DNA from: Callorhinchus milii
Taxonomy: Eukaryota
DNA: 64,000 nucleotides
NCBI RefSeq assembly: GCF_018977255.1
Contig: NW_024704743.1
Location: 66,652,001 to 66,716,000 of the forward strand
Direction: 5' to 3'
The notes under the pieces were generated by a model. It made no database searches. It had not been told where the DNA came from and saw nothing but the letters and a program-made list of their open reading frames with translations. The translations under genes were made by a program, and so were the position numbers. Shown piece after piece: positions 1-12,863 of this stretch (its first letter is position 1; the number at the start of each line of letters is the position of its first letter).

Positions 1-1595
1 GTCAATCCCTCGCTGTGAATTTCTCAATCTCTTTCTAGCTTCATAAACTGGAACTCACAAACAAGATGTTTCAATTAATTAAAAAAATCCTGTTTGTGAA
101 TATCATAAAATAGACCCCATTAAGTGTGTATTAGCAATGAGTAAAAGCATTTTTGAATCACTGGAGCATTTGACCTTTGTGGAGAAATCTGTAGGAAAAT
201 TAATCTTGAGAATCTTAATCTAAAAATCCTCAATCTTTTACGTAACTAAAACATAATGTAGTTAGGATTACGGAGAACCTGTTTGCAATAATATGCTTGC
301 GTTTCTCTTCAGTATTTCATTGTGCCCAGTTTAGTGAGGTTTTAATGCTGAGTTTATCTTCAGCCTTTGAGCAAGTCATTTTCATTTCCTTAGATTCATG
401 AACCAATGTGTGCTAATGGCTCCCTCCTTGTATTACTAAGCTCATAACATTAAACTCCATCTGCCTTCCCTCTGATTGTGTTTTGTGTAAATATTACATA
501 AAGCTAAAGGCCTGACCTTGGCCTAATCCTTATCATTGTAACTGGAAGAAGCTATAGAAAGCATCGTTAAACTAATTAATTTGTTTAAGAGACACAAATA
601 TACAGATTCTTAGAATATAAACGTGCATGCAAACAAATAGTGAAAAAGGTTTCTGCTCAGTAAAAAAAAAGAATTTATTTCCTCACATTTCATTTTCTAT
701 AGTATTAAGTGAGCTTCTGTTGTGAAAAAATTGCATTCTTGTTTGCTGAACAATTACATGAATCTGAACTTTTCAAAGGGACAATGGTCACTTTTGAATG
801 GAAGGGAGCAGTGAGCAGCTGAAACCTGGGCTGTAGCTTGAACAATTAAACTCACTTGAAATGTGAAGACATCACTTACATTCACAAAGTAGTCGTAGCA
901 TGCACATTTCATATGTTAAAAATAATGGAAAGATTAGTGCATTTATGCCCCTGACACTGCAGTGGTTAGAGCGGGAAGCTGGTTGAATATTTAGCATTTC
1001 ACAGTGCTTTCAATCGAGTCGGGGAAAAAACTCAGTTTGTGTTGAATGAGTTAAGCCTGTATTCTGCAAATCAACAATTAAATGCTTGGGGCAGAAGGTT
1101 CAACAGCACTAATAATTGGCTTCATAGCCACTTTAGTAGTTTGAAGCACAAACAACAACAGCAACAAAATTACATTTGTATAGTGCCTTTCACGTCGGGC
1201 ATTTTCACAAAGCAAGGCGGCAGAGGGCAGAAGAGGAGGGGAAAGGGGTTTACCCATGGCCGGGCATCAACTGGGGCATCAACAATAGTTTCCATAATTC
1301 ACTATAACAACAAAGCAACAACTTGCATTTATATAACACTCTTCACGCGGGATAGAGTCTCGGAGCGCTTATATCCCATTATAAATACAAACCTCTAATG
1401 CTGATAAATTTATTAATTAATACATACATAATCATATTGTTTATGGCTAAGGATTTATTGAGGCTGAGCATTTATTTGAATTATAGAAATCATGGATATT
1501 TAGAGCACAGAAGAAGGCCATTTGGTCCACTATGTCTGTGCTGGTTCTTTTAAAGAAATGGGACTGGAGGAGCAGAATGACCCCCTTAGTGTTGA

Positions 1596-1818
1596 ACAAA
1601 ACACAAAATATTACAGATGCTGAAATCTGAAACAAAAACAGAGAGAGCTGGAAAACTCAGCAGGTCAGGCAGCACCTATAGAGAAAGGAGAGTGAGTCAA
1701 CGTTTCAGGTCCACAACCTTTCGTCATACAGTTCTGACAAAGTGTTGTGGACCCAAAACGTTGACTCACTTTCCTTTCCCTATAGATGCTGCCTGACCTG
1801 CTGAGTTTTCCCAGCCTT
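1596..1818. mobile_element. Palindromic Penelope-derived mini-element (two inverted pseudo-LTR ends)
   Basis: Left arm ...ctcagcaggtcaggcagcacctatagagaaaggagagtgagtcaacgtttcaggtccac is the reverse complement of the right arm gtggacccaaaacgttgactcactttcctttccctatagatgctgcctgacctgctgag. Same sequence as the ends of the GIY-YIG element at 31111-32623. Flanked by a 15-bp direct repeat cccccttagtgttga (1581-1595, 1819-1833). Confidence 0.85.
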
Positions 1819-3199
1819 CCCCCTTAGTGTTGACACTGGCTTTGACCCTGTTTTTTACACGATCAAACAATTTACCCTTTAGAATTTCTCTGCAACTAAT
1901 TCCGGTTCTGAATCATTCAATATTGTCCTTCTGCTGCCTGATCTTTCACTGCTGTTGCTCTCAGACAGTTTGGCTTGCTGTTATATGTTAAAAGCCCCAG
2001 TGCCATCTCCACCTCTACATTGCACGGCATGCATTTTTACCAGACATTTCAACCTAGTATACAAGCAATTTGCATCTTACACATACAGCTGATACATTTG
2101 CTTGAACATACCTCTTCATTTTAATGTTATAAATATCAAGTAAATCCATTCAGCAGTATCTGTTGTCTACATACTCACTGTAGATATCTATCATATAATA
2201 TATATTTGTCATGTGAAATATTCGCTGTACAATTGTACAGTGAATTCTTGGGCTCCTAGCATTTAACACTCTGCCATTAGAAAAGTGTTTTGGAACCACA
2301 GGTTACAAAACTAGATTCAAGGTTTTTAGTTGATTGCTCGAAATACAAATATGACAGAATATTTTAAAGTATAAACTTGTATTTGTGCAGTACATCAATT
2401 CCTTTGTCATTTAAAGCACAATTTGCATGAAACAATGATGATTGGAAAGTTATGAGGCAGGAAAGCAGCAAAAGATCAGCTTGGATTATACAAATATTTT
2501 CAGTATTGTATCGGACTTTGGTTTTTACTGTATTTGCAGTATTGTATCAGACTTTGGGACAGGCAACATGGGGTTCTGCCGAGTCATGAGATAGCTCCAA
2601 AGGGCCCTTGGATTGTATCTGAAGGAGGTTGAGCCAAGGCAGTAAAAAAGCTATTACCAGATTGGTGCAGAATGCCGATCGCGAACCCAGGCACCTGCAC
2701 ACCCTGTGACTTGTTAGAGATTGTGAGTGATGTCTTTGACCCCGTGAAGGCCACTCAAGGGCTGCTGAGTGCTTTCCCTGAACTAATAAACCTACTTGTA
2801 TGTTGTAGCTCTATGATCAACCGATTTGTACTTGTAGATCTATTTGTAAACCGTGTCTGTCTCTGTGCATTTACGTCTAACTCTTGTTGACATTACTGTT
2901 TATACAAGCTTTAAAGAGAACTTAGGCAGAGGGTGATTTTTTGTTTTTTTGGTGAATATACTGGCCTTAGTAGGTGAAGAGCTATTATTCTCCACCCAGC
3001 AGGAAATTTACTAACCTTAAGAGTATGAGCACAAACAAAGCCAGTGACTTCATTGACCAGCTGGGAATCACCCCATGACAAGTTAGCTCAAATCCAGGAC
3101 CTGTCAATTGCAACTCAATTTCAAGATGAATTACTAAAGGGCAATTTCAGGACAGATACCAGGACATTTGTTCTTTGCGCAGAGGATAATCAGCGACAT

Positions 3200-3490
3200 C
3201 TTTTTTTTGGTCAGCTGAATGTCTTGACGCATGCAGAAACCCATCACCACGCTTAAGAGTATCCAAACCATACTGAGCTGAGTTGGAAGAGTCCCTGTCT
3301 CCAGTGATTGTCTCCCTTTCCAAGTCCTCCTGACTAGTCAGGTTGGCTGGGCTGTCATCAATAGTGTCCTAGAATACTGCAAACTTGCCTGGCTCAGGAA
3401 CCAGACTACCAAGACTGCCACAGTGAGCTGGCTCGATTCTAGTATTCCATTGCTAAATATGTCACCTTGGAGCCAGTTCAGCTCCAAAAA
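3200..3490 (+). repeat. Unclassified dispersed repeat family, internally deleted copy
   Basis: Shares gcagaaacccatcacc...cttaagagtatccaaacc and ctcaggaaccagactac...gtcaccttggagccagttcagctcc with 5490-6065 (reverse) and 42280-42832. Confidence 0.75.
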
Positions 3491-4482
3491 GTCCCCATTT
3501 ACTTACCCCCTCACCCCCTCCCCTTGGAGGATAGTCACTAGTTGGTCATTTGACATCCTACAAGCACTTGCTTGAAGCCTCACAAGGTGGATGGCAGGTA
3601 CCAAGATCTCCCTGTGAGCATCCTGGAGTGACACAGCTCAGCTTGAAATGCATGAGAACATTGCCATCATCTTCCTGCCCACAGATCAGACACACATCCC
3701 TTCACAAACCCCCGCATCAGAGCTCCCATTGTCTAGGTTGACACTTCAGTACAGTGCAAAGCATATGCTGCACTTTTACAGTAATTTCTGTGACATGATT
3801 TGAGGCATCTCAACAACTTGATAAGGTGCTATATTAAGGACAATTAAGACATTTCCCATTATGGTTTTGCAACGTTGTAACATTGAATGGAAATTGTACT
3901 CAATTGAGGGGAAATGTTTTCCTTGTCACTGTGGAGAAAACTGTTTATGCCAATGATAACCAATTTCAAGCCATTTGCTGAAATAAAAATAAGGCTTTAC
4001 TCCAATAAGGTCCAGATGCTTCCCCAATCTTTGCCAAACTGTTATTTTATTCGTGCTTCCATTCTGCAAATTGGATAGGTTGATTGGAAGGGGGATTGGA
4101 CTATTTTATCCTTGTAGCTATGATATTATCCTAATGCTGTTGAAGCTGTGTCCATTGCAGCACTCTAAAACGAAATTGGGAAAATATTTGAAGAAAAATA
4201 TATTAAAGAGAATGAGCAAAGAACAGTGAAATGGGAATCAGAAAAGCTCGAGTGGAAGTGCAATCATCAGCATTGACTGACCAAACATTTGTTTATGTTG
4301 CAAACCTTGCACTGGAGTATAAAACACAATGGGGTAGAAATTCCAACTGGGTTTAGATTTACTCTCTGACTGTAGCACTTAAGAGAGTGCAGAATTTGGC
4401 AAATTGTTGTATTCAGTACTAACTGGCTTCAAAGTAAAAGGCTACATTTAAGAATCTTGACAAATTCTAAATGCTCTGAAAT

Positions 4483-4850
4483 TAATAATAATCCTTGGAT
4501 TTGATATAGCACCTTATCATGTCTTCTCAACGTTTCAAAGTGCTTTACAGATTATGCTGTAAAGTGAATTGACTGCATACTTTTTTGGCAAAACCCAGCA
4601 GCCAATTGCGCACAGCAGTGTCCCACAAACAGTCATGGAAGTCATGGATTGAGTGATCACATTTTTTTGAAGAAATTTTTACCCCCGAAAAGCGATCCAC
4701 CAATCAACTAAAAACTGGGTTCCTATTTATTGCTAGGTAAACAGAGGCATGTGGAGTAAGAAAACTTGCCCAACGTTTCGCCCTACTGGGAATCAAACCC
4801 AGTCTCTCACTTGTGAGGCGAATGCTCTAACAACAAAGCTACAGGACTCC
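4483..4850 (-). mobile_element. tRNA-derived SINE, long subfamily (extra central block)
   Basis: Minus strand starts GGAGTCCTGTAGC with degenerate A/B boxes, then a Deu-like core tttgtgggacactgctgtgcgcaattggctgc, an L2-like tail and (ATT)n. Extra block shared with 23305-23650. Confidence 0.85.
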
Positions 4851-5489
4851 ATACATTCTGCATTAATAGAGTAAATCTAGATCTGGGTGGAATTTAACCA
4901 CAGATATTCACAAACAGGAATTGCTGTGTTGATTGTACTCATAGTTTATGCACACTAGTGGAAAGGCAAACCTCTGCCATTGCATTCTTATCATGCCTGC
5001 TGGTCATGACATCGAATTAGAACATTCTGACCTATGATGGAATTAACAACATACACCGAGCCATTTTTTTAATCAAAATTTCAGTGAAAATAAAAGATTA
5101 AATTGGCACATTGTACTTGAAAGGAATTTGCATTACAACATTTAACTATATTCAGAATTAGAATGAAATCAAGGCAAACCCAATTAGCCCCTGACTTTGC
5201 TTCATCAGCCCTGATTATGAGCAGACAGCTCTGCGCCATTGAAGCACACGATCACAGCACTGTATGATGTAGAACGGAGTGGGAGAATCCCACTCAAATG
5301 CTTATTTCTCTAAACTCAATGGATTTGAAGGTTATATATTTAAGCGCTCTGAGACACTACCCTGCGTAGAGGGCCCTGTATAAGTGCAGGTTGTTGTTAT
5401 ATTACTCACTTTCTTCTGTTGGCATGACAGAATTATAGGAATAATTGCATAAAAAATGATTGTACCAATGGATAAAACCATGGGTCGTG

Positions 5490-6065
5490 GAGTTTCCTTG
5501 GATCTGAACTGACTCCAAGGTGACGTGCCTGGCAATGGGATGTCGGAATCGAGCCAGCCCTCGGTGGCGGTCTAGATAGTCTGGTTCCTGAGCTAGGCGG
5601 TCTGCAGTATTCCAAGGCACTGGCTTATTGGCAGGACCTGGAAGGGCAGACCAGACACCAGGGGCAGGGAGTCATCCCACTCAGCTCCTGGTAACCAAGG
5701 AGCTGCAAGCCAAAGTCCTAATGGGTAGGGTGGTCCAAGCTGGCAAGCAGCGGGAAAGCTTGCCAGACAGAAATATCAATGGCAAGCTATGCAGTTTTAG
5801 CTAGCTAGACTCCAGCAGTATCCCAACACACTCTGGGGTCCCCAAGCCTTGACTCTTGCAAACCTGCACCTAATATTTTCCTTATTTAGGTAAGCAGGAT
5901 GTGTCTCTCCAGGGAGAGAGTGCACAGTCCATTCCAATAACCTATCTCTGGAATTCCTGTGTGTAGGTGGGATACATGGAATTCTCAGTTTAGTTTGGTT
6001 TGGATACTCTTAAATATGGTGATGGGTTTCCGCATGTGTCGGATACCTGGTTGATCAAAAAATTG
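5490..6065 (-). repeat. Unclassified dispersed repeat family, longest copy
   Basis: Reverse complement aligns colinearly by eye with 42280-42832 over ~550 bp and with parts of 3200-3490 and 9155-9495. Confidence 0.8.
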
Positions 6066-6077
6066 AGGTAAAATTGA

Positions 6078-6365
6078 GTGCTTTAGTCAGTTTGAAGCTT
6101 CTTATCTGCAATGTGCAGTAACTGTATTTGTAGGCAAATGCAGCAGCCAACACAGCAATGTCCCACAAACAGCCTTGAAATTAATGACTATTTTATTTTG
6201 TCTGGGAGATTGTTGGCAAAGCCACTGGGAGAAATTCTCTTTTCAGATAGTGCCATTAATGTCCACTTGAACAGACAGATTGGACTTTGGTTTATTGTCT
6301 CATCGGAAAAATTGCATCTCAGATGATTTAGCATTGCTCCAGCAATGCATTGGAGTGTGAGTTCA
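6078..6365 (-). mobile_element. Old DeuSINE-like element (decayed)
   Basis: Minus-strand ctgtttgtgggacattgctgtg-type core and upstream body similar to 44340-44750 and 46030-46410. Confidence 0.6.
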
Positions 6366-6375
6366 ATTGTGCGTT

Positions 6376-6988
6376 CAACAACAATAACAAATGACATTTG
6401 TATAGCCCCTTTCACATCAGGAGAACATCCTAAGGCATTGGACAGTCAGGGATCTGCACCCAAGTTGGTGGTTGGGATCAGGAGAGGTGGAGGGCGGGAA
6501 GGATAGTGGTAGGAGGGGGACCGAAGGCACAGTCGAAGAGGAGGGTCTTGAGATGGGTCTTGAAGGAGGCAAGGGAGGGGGCGAGGCAGAGGGATTGTGG
6601 TATGGAGTTTCAGAGGGTGGAGGCAGAGAGGCTGAAGGCCCACCTGCCGATAGTGGGGCAGGCAAGGCGGAGGACTTGAAGCAGGCCCGAGCCCAAAGAG
6701 TGGAGGGAGCAGACAGGTTGGCAGGTAGTTAGGAGGTCACAGAGGTAGGGAGGAATGATGCCATGGAGGGCTTTGAAAGTGAGGACCAGGATTTTGAACT
6801 GTATCCTCTGAATGATGGAGAGCCAGTGGAGCCAGGCAAGGATGAGGGTTGCGGAGCCTGGTGTGGGAGAAGATGATTTGCAGCCCATGGAGGGAAAAGT
6901 TGGGGAGGCCAACAAGCAGAGAGTTTGCGTAGCCAAGGCTGTATGTGATGAATGCATGGATGATGGTTTAGGTGGCCTGAGGTGAGAG
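6376..6988 (-). mobile_element. L2 LINE 3' fragment
   Basis: ORF 6610..6957 has LHWL..IQRIQFKILVLTFKALHG..PPYLCDLL (L2 ORF2 C-terminus); L2 3' tail with (TTG)n. Confidence 0.9.
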
Positions 6989-7429
6989 ACAACTTGAATT
7001 CATAACCTTCTGACTCATCTGAACGAGCCTGGTACATATCAGAAATAGCACTCTTGAAGTTTCTTCTTGAAATATTCTGCAATAAATAAAATAGAATCTC
7101 TAAATGCTAATGATACACAGATTGACATAGACTTACATAAAAGGTGATTGGAAACAGGCCATTCAGCCCAACTAGTCCATGTTTATTTTTATACTCCACA
7201 AGAGTCTCCACCCACTCCTTATTCCCTCCCATACCCTTCTATCAGAAGGAAGTTGTGATGTCTTGAGAGTTTTTAAGTTACATTGACAAGTCAAGTATCC
7301 TGGTTGGATGTCACTTCTCAACAAAAAGAGTGACATGGGTGACAAGTGCCTCGTATTGCAGCTCACACAAATAACATTCAGTGTAATGCTAATTATGAAA
7401 GGAGAGTCAAGCCTGGATGAGCCAAGCTA

Positions 7430-7792
7430 GTTATCAGGATCGGGAAGGGTGGAGGGCAGGGAGCTTAAGAGGGTGGCCAAAGGTGTGCTTGAAGAGGGGA
7501 TTTTGAGATGTGCCTTGAAGGAGGCAAGAGAGGGAACGAGGAGAAGGGAATGTGGAATAGAGTTTCAAAGGGTGGGGGCAGAAAAGCTGAAGGCCTCTCC
7601 ACCGTTGGTGGAGTGGGCCGGGTGGGGGACATGGAGCAGGCTATAGCCTGCTGAATGGAGTGAGCGGATGGGTTGATATGGGGTCAGTAGGTTGCAGAAG
7701 TAGGAAGGAGCAAGGCCGTGGAGGGCCTTGAAGGTGAGGATGAGTATTTTGTACTCTATCTTCTATAGGATGGGGAGTCAGTGGAGCCAGGT
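7430..7792 (-). mobile_element. L2 LINE 3' fragment
   Basis: Reverse strand ctccactgactccccatcc...aaaatactcatcctcaccttcaaggccctccacggccttgctccttcctac, matching the other L2 copies. Confidence 0.85.
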
Positions 7793-8306
7793 CATAGGCA
7801 TCTAGAGTCCATTATCTCATGTTCTTAGCCGTAAGGAAATTGTTTTAAATTTTGAGATGCATAATTTTGGAAAATAGTCTGAAGCTTAATTTGGAATCTG
7901 TTTTTCTGCAGTGCTTTGGAGATATTGAGGAGAACAGGCTTTCAAATGAGGAATGAATTTGAGATTTTCTTCCCAAATTCTGCAGAATCTTAAATGTGAA
8001 GACGAAGAATACATGAAATGTGAAGTCCCAAGTTCATGGCACAGAAATGAAAGAATAACAATGTGCTTATATCTTCATTCCACAGTTCACCTTATATGGA
8101 CTGCTATTCAAATAATGAGTCTTGACAATCAACGAGGTCAATTTTAATAAATTACTTTTGGGATCTGCAACACTTTGAAAAAATCTAGTTCCACTCAAAT
8201 GGAGAAATTGAAATGAATATTTTTTAATATGCAGTTACTTTGTATTGGAATAATTTCCATATGCCATAACTAACAAATTCATTTGGTCATTCATTTGGTC
8301 TGATTC

Positions 8307-8815
8307 CAACAACAACAAATCACATTTATATAGCACCTTTCATGTCGTGAGGATGTCCCAAGGTGCTAGACAGTCAAGGGTTTGCACCCAAGCTGTGAGC
8401 TGGAGTCAAGGTGGGTAGAGGGCAACGGTGGTGGGAAGATGACCGAAGGTGCGATCGAAGAGGAAGGTCTTAGATGTACCCTGCACGGAGGGTGCTACAT
8501 ACGTGCAAGTTGTTGTTATCTAGAGACAGGCTTGAGAGAGGCAAAAGAGGTGGAATAGCAGAGGGTCTCCAGGATGTAGTTCTAGATGATAGGTGCGTAA
8601 AGCATAAAGGCCCTACGTCCGATGGTGGAGCGGGCAAGGCGGGGAATTTGGAGCAGGTCAGTACCTACTGAATGAAGCAAACAGACAGGTTGGTAGGGTT
8701 TTAGGAGGTCACAGTGGTAAGGAGGAAAGATTGTGGAGGGTTTTAAAGGTGAGGAGAAGGATCTTAAACTCGATCCTTTGGGGCATGGGGTGCCAGTGAA
8801 GCTGGGTGGGGATAA
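8307..8815 (-). mobile_element. L2 LINE 3' fragment
   Basis: ORF 8709..8990 contains QLHWHPMPQRIEFKILLLTFKTLH; L2 tail with (TTG)n at 8307-8370. Confidence 0.85.
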
Positions 8816-9154
8816 CACAATAATCATGTTTTTCACAGTTCACATTATGTACTTTACGGTTCTGACAATACATTATTCTATGCTTTTTAATGTTCTGATA
8901 ATACATTATTCTCATGGGGGAAATTTGAAATAAATATACTATGGCTAAGCTGAAATATATCATCTGTTCCTTCTTAAAAGCAGATCGCATGTTAGCACTG
9001 ACTTAATTTAGGACCTGAAGGAAACAATGAGGAAGGCAAGACTTTAACACAGCATATGACAACTTTTGTATGGGTATGACAGAGGTTTGGATAAGCTGGA
9101 GCTTGTGGCTGGTGAAATAGGGGAGACCGGAGAAGAGATCATTTGGGAATCTTA

Positions 9155-9495
9155 ATATTTTCTGGTCAGCCGAGTGTCTGACACATATGGAAACCGAATA
9201 CCATTCTTAAGACTATCCGAATCAGACTGAGAATTCCACATATGTATTCGCCTATACAGATTTCCCTGTGCCTGGAATGAAATTGTGTAATCTCTCCTTG
9301 GAATGAAGGACCCTGCCTACCTGATTCCAGAAAGCATTAGGTACATTTTGACAAGGACCCAAGCTTGGGGACCCCAGAGTGTACATTGGGGTAGGTTTGA
9401 TATTCAACCAGCTAAAACTACATAGCTTGCTATTGAGAGCACTCCCTGGCAAAGCTCCTCATTGTTGATCCAGCATGACCCTATCAATTAGGGCT
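9155..9495 (+). repeat. Unclassified dispersed repeat family, diverged copy
   Basis: ccaagcttggggaccccagagtgt and gctaaaactacatagcttgc match the reverse complement of 5780-5850. Confidence 0.7.
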
Positions 9496-9803
9496 TTGTC
9501 TTGCAGGATAATAGGAGCTGCAAGGGAAATAAATCCTTGCTCCGAGCTACTGCACCCCGACTTTGAATGGCCCAAATCGTTGATTCTTCAACATCAAGTT
9601 CCTGGAAGTTACCATTGACAAGAAATTTAACTGGGCCTGTCACATCAATACTGTTATACTCCAACAGCAGGATAGAGGCTGGGCGGCTCACCTTCTAACT
9701 CCAAAAATCTCTCCACTATCTACAAGGCTCAAGTCAGGAGTATAATGGAATACTGACCACTCATCATGATGGGTGCAACTAAACCAATACTTTACAAGCT
9801 AAA

Positions 9804-12200
9804 ACAACAACTTATATAGTGCCCTCCATGCAGGGTAGCATCTCACAGTGCTTAAGAGTGGCGGAGCCTGACTCCGAGCTAGTGGGGGGGGGTGGGGTGG
9901 GAGGTGACCAGAAATACGGTCGATAAGGAAGGTTTTCAGGTGGGACTTGAAAAGGGGGAGAGAGGGGGTAAGGGGGAAGGATTGAGGGAGAATGTTCCAC
10001 AGTTTCGGGGTGTGGTGGCTGAAAGCACAACCTCCAATGGTGGAGTGGAGGGTGTGAGGGACAAGCAGGAGGCCGGTGCCAGTCGAGCGGAGGTGCCGGG
10101 TGATGGATTGAGGAGTGAGTGTCAGAGAGGTAGGGCGGTGCCAGGGCATGAATGGATTTAAACACAAGAGTGAGGATCTTGAAATCGATCCATTCGGTGA
10201 AGGGGAGCAAATGGAGCCTGGCCAGAACTGGTGAGATGTGGGTACGGAATTTGGTCCGGGTAAGTATGTGGGCAGCACAGTTCTGAATGAGCTGGATTTT
10301 TTGAATAGTGGATCTGGGGAGATCGGCAAGGAGTGCATTTGAATAATCCAGGCGGAAGGTGATAAACGCATGCACGAGGGTTTCAGGGGTAAGGTACGGT
10401 CGGAGGCGGGCAACGTGGCGGAGATGGAGTAAGGTGGTCCTGGTCAGGGACTGGACAGCGGGGGTCAAACCGGACGTCTAGATTGGGCACTGGTCTGGTG
10501 AGTCTGAGGGAAGTTAAGGAGTTCAGATCCACAGGAGTGAAGACATTGATGAGAGCCAAAGAGTATGGCTTCCATTTTCTCCACATTCAGCTGCAGAAAG
10601 TTTCCATTCATCCAGGCCTTGATGTCTGCCAGACAAGCTAATAGAACATCTGCGGAGCTGGAGTTGGTACTGGAGGAGGCAAAGTAGATTTGTGTGTCAT
10701 CCTCAAACATGTGGAAGTTTACCCCGTGTCTGCGGATGATATCGCCCAGAGGGAGCATATAGATAAGGAAAAGGATGGAGCCCTGGGGTACCCCGCAGGT
10801 GACCGGGCGGGGGTGGGAGGAGAAACCATTTGCCGAGCTGAAATGGAGGTGGCTGGTTAAGTAGGACCAAACAAGTGCGGTCCCACTAAAGTGGATGAGG
10901 GAGGAGAGGCATTGGAGGAGGATGGTGTGGTCGACTGTGTTGAATGCGGTGGAGACATCCAGGAGGACAAGGAGGTAGAGGGAGCCCTGATCACAGATAG
11001 AGACGATGTTGATTGTGACTTTAACAAGTGCTGTGAGCACAGAGAAAACCACACTGGGAGCTCAAGTGGATGGAGAGCTGTGACCGAAGTTGACCTGCAA
11101 CAATGTGCTCCAGGACTTTAGCAAGGAAGGGTAGGTTGGAGATGGGATGCACTGTGCGAAATTAGAGGGATTGAGGGTGTTTTTTTTGAGGAGGGGTGTG
11201 ATAACAGCGATTTTTAGGGGGAGTGGAACAGAGCCTGAGGAGAGAGACTGGTTGACTGTGTCAACCAGTAGGAGGGAGAGGAGGGGTAGTTGAGTGACCA
11301 GCAGCTGGGTCGGGAGGGGGTTGAGGCATCAGGTGGTGAACTTCATGCGGACGATTGTGGTTGAGAGGGAGGAGGGAGAAATGGGGGCAAAGGAGTGTGA
11401 GAAGTGGGGAGTGGCAGGAACCGTGGTGGAGGGAGAAGGCGTATGGATAGTTTGGGTGGGGTGGAAAGGGACATGATGGGGAGGATAATGCAGCCAAGCA
11501 GATGTTTTTGATCTTTGAGGTGAAGAAGTCTAGGACCTCTTCGCACTTGGCGTTTGATGTGAGGATAGAAGGGGCTTGAGGGGGTGCATGGAGGAGGTGT
11601 AAAAAGTTGGAAAACAGTGTCTTTGGATTGTTGTTTGCCTCCAAGATGACTTTGGAGTAAAAGTCAATTTTTGGCCTGTGAAAGGGAGAAGTGCTAGGTG
11701 AGGAGGTGCTCGAGCCACAGCTGGCGGTGAATTGTGAGGCCAGGAGGTGCTCGAGCCACAGCTGGCGGTGAATCGTGAGGCCAGATTTCTGCCATCTGCG
11801 CTCGAGCATCCGAGTTTGTTTTGAGTGAGCAAAGATGACTGTTGTACCAGAGGGAGCGGGTGGATTTGGAAACAACCTTGGATTTCAGACGTGCCAGGGG
11901 AATTGAATGTTGTGGAGAGGCAGTCATTCTGCAGCTTGATGGCTGCATCTAAATCGATGAGGGTGGAAGGCCAAAGGGAGAGGAGGTTCGAGGAAGAGAG
12001 GGTAGTTGTGATGTACTCAGGGGGAAGCTTTTTCCAGGGGTGGAAATAAATGGTGGAAGGCTTAGAAGAAGGGAGGGATATGTGGGAGGAGAGGGAGATG
12101 AGGAAGTGGCCCGATTTGGCCTTGTCCGTGATAGACAGGCCGGAAATGTCAAGGTCATGTGTGATGACGAGGTCGAGGGGATGGCCACTGTTGTGGGTCA
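9804..12200 (-). mobile_element. L2 LINE, ~2.4 kb 5'-truncated, frameshifted ORF2 (end of APE domain plus RT)
   Basis: ORFs give THNSGHPLDLVIT...SGHFLI (APE end), ALVKVT..LLVLLDVSTAFNTVDH, GVPQGS, FHMFEDDTQIY (RT, YADD degenerate) and RLDYSNALL...IDFKIL. Confidence 0.95.
11701..11782. repeat. 41-bp tandem duplication inside L2
   Basis: aggaggtgctcgagccacagctggcggtgaat(t/c)gtgaggcc twice. Confidence 0.9.
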
Positions 12201-12863
12201 GTAAACACCATCTAAAAGAAAGCAGTTCACTTGATCTGTCTCCTTCCACTCGTGTTAAGATTCACTCCTTCTCTCACTAATGTACAAAAACTGCAGTGTG
12301 TACTTTGTACAGAAGGCACTGCAGCAACTCACCAAATTTGCTTTGACAGCATTTCCCAGCCTTAAGACCTACCTCATTGACTCCAAATTCCCGCTCCTTC
12401 CTACCCCTTACTCGGCGTTCAACCCCTCCATCATGCAGCTCTGCGAGATGCTATCCTGTCTGAAGGGCACTGTAGAGATGCACGTTATTGCTGTTGTGAC
12501 TATCACCTTCTAGGAGAACAAGAACAGTGATATTATTGGAAACCACCACCTTCATGTTTTCCGCCAGGTTACTCACCATTCCTGACTTGGATATATATTA
12601 TTATTCCTTCATCAAAATCCCAGAACTCCCTACTCAACACTCTCATAAGAGCACTATCACCAGAAGGACAGCAGTGGTTTAAAGAGTGCCCCCCCTTGTT
12701 ACCTTATCAGAGCAGCAAGGGATGAGCAATAAATGCCAGTCTTGCAAGCAGTTCCCTCATCCTAAAATTATAAATATAAGCCTAGGCCAGTCTTCCAAAG
12801 GATCATCACCTACCCTTCTGCCTGAAGTTGTCCTACCAATATAATGCTGACGTCAGAGGATTG

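Larger units (their letters stand above)
9560..12775 (+). mobile_element. Old CR1/L2-group LINE 3' part (9560-9803 plus 12202-12775), split by an L2 insertion
   Basis: Decayed RT C-terminal translation (FLEVTIDKKFNWACHIN; STIYKAQVRSIMEY) rejoins across the insert as KLNTI*KKAVHLI; ends gcaataaatgccagtcttgc. Related copy on the minus strand at 43040-43520. Confidence 0.7.
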
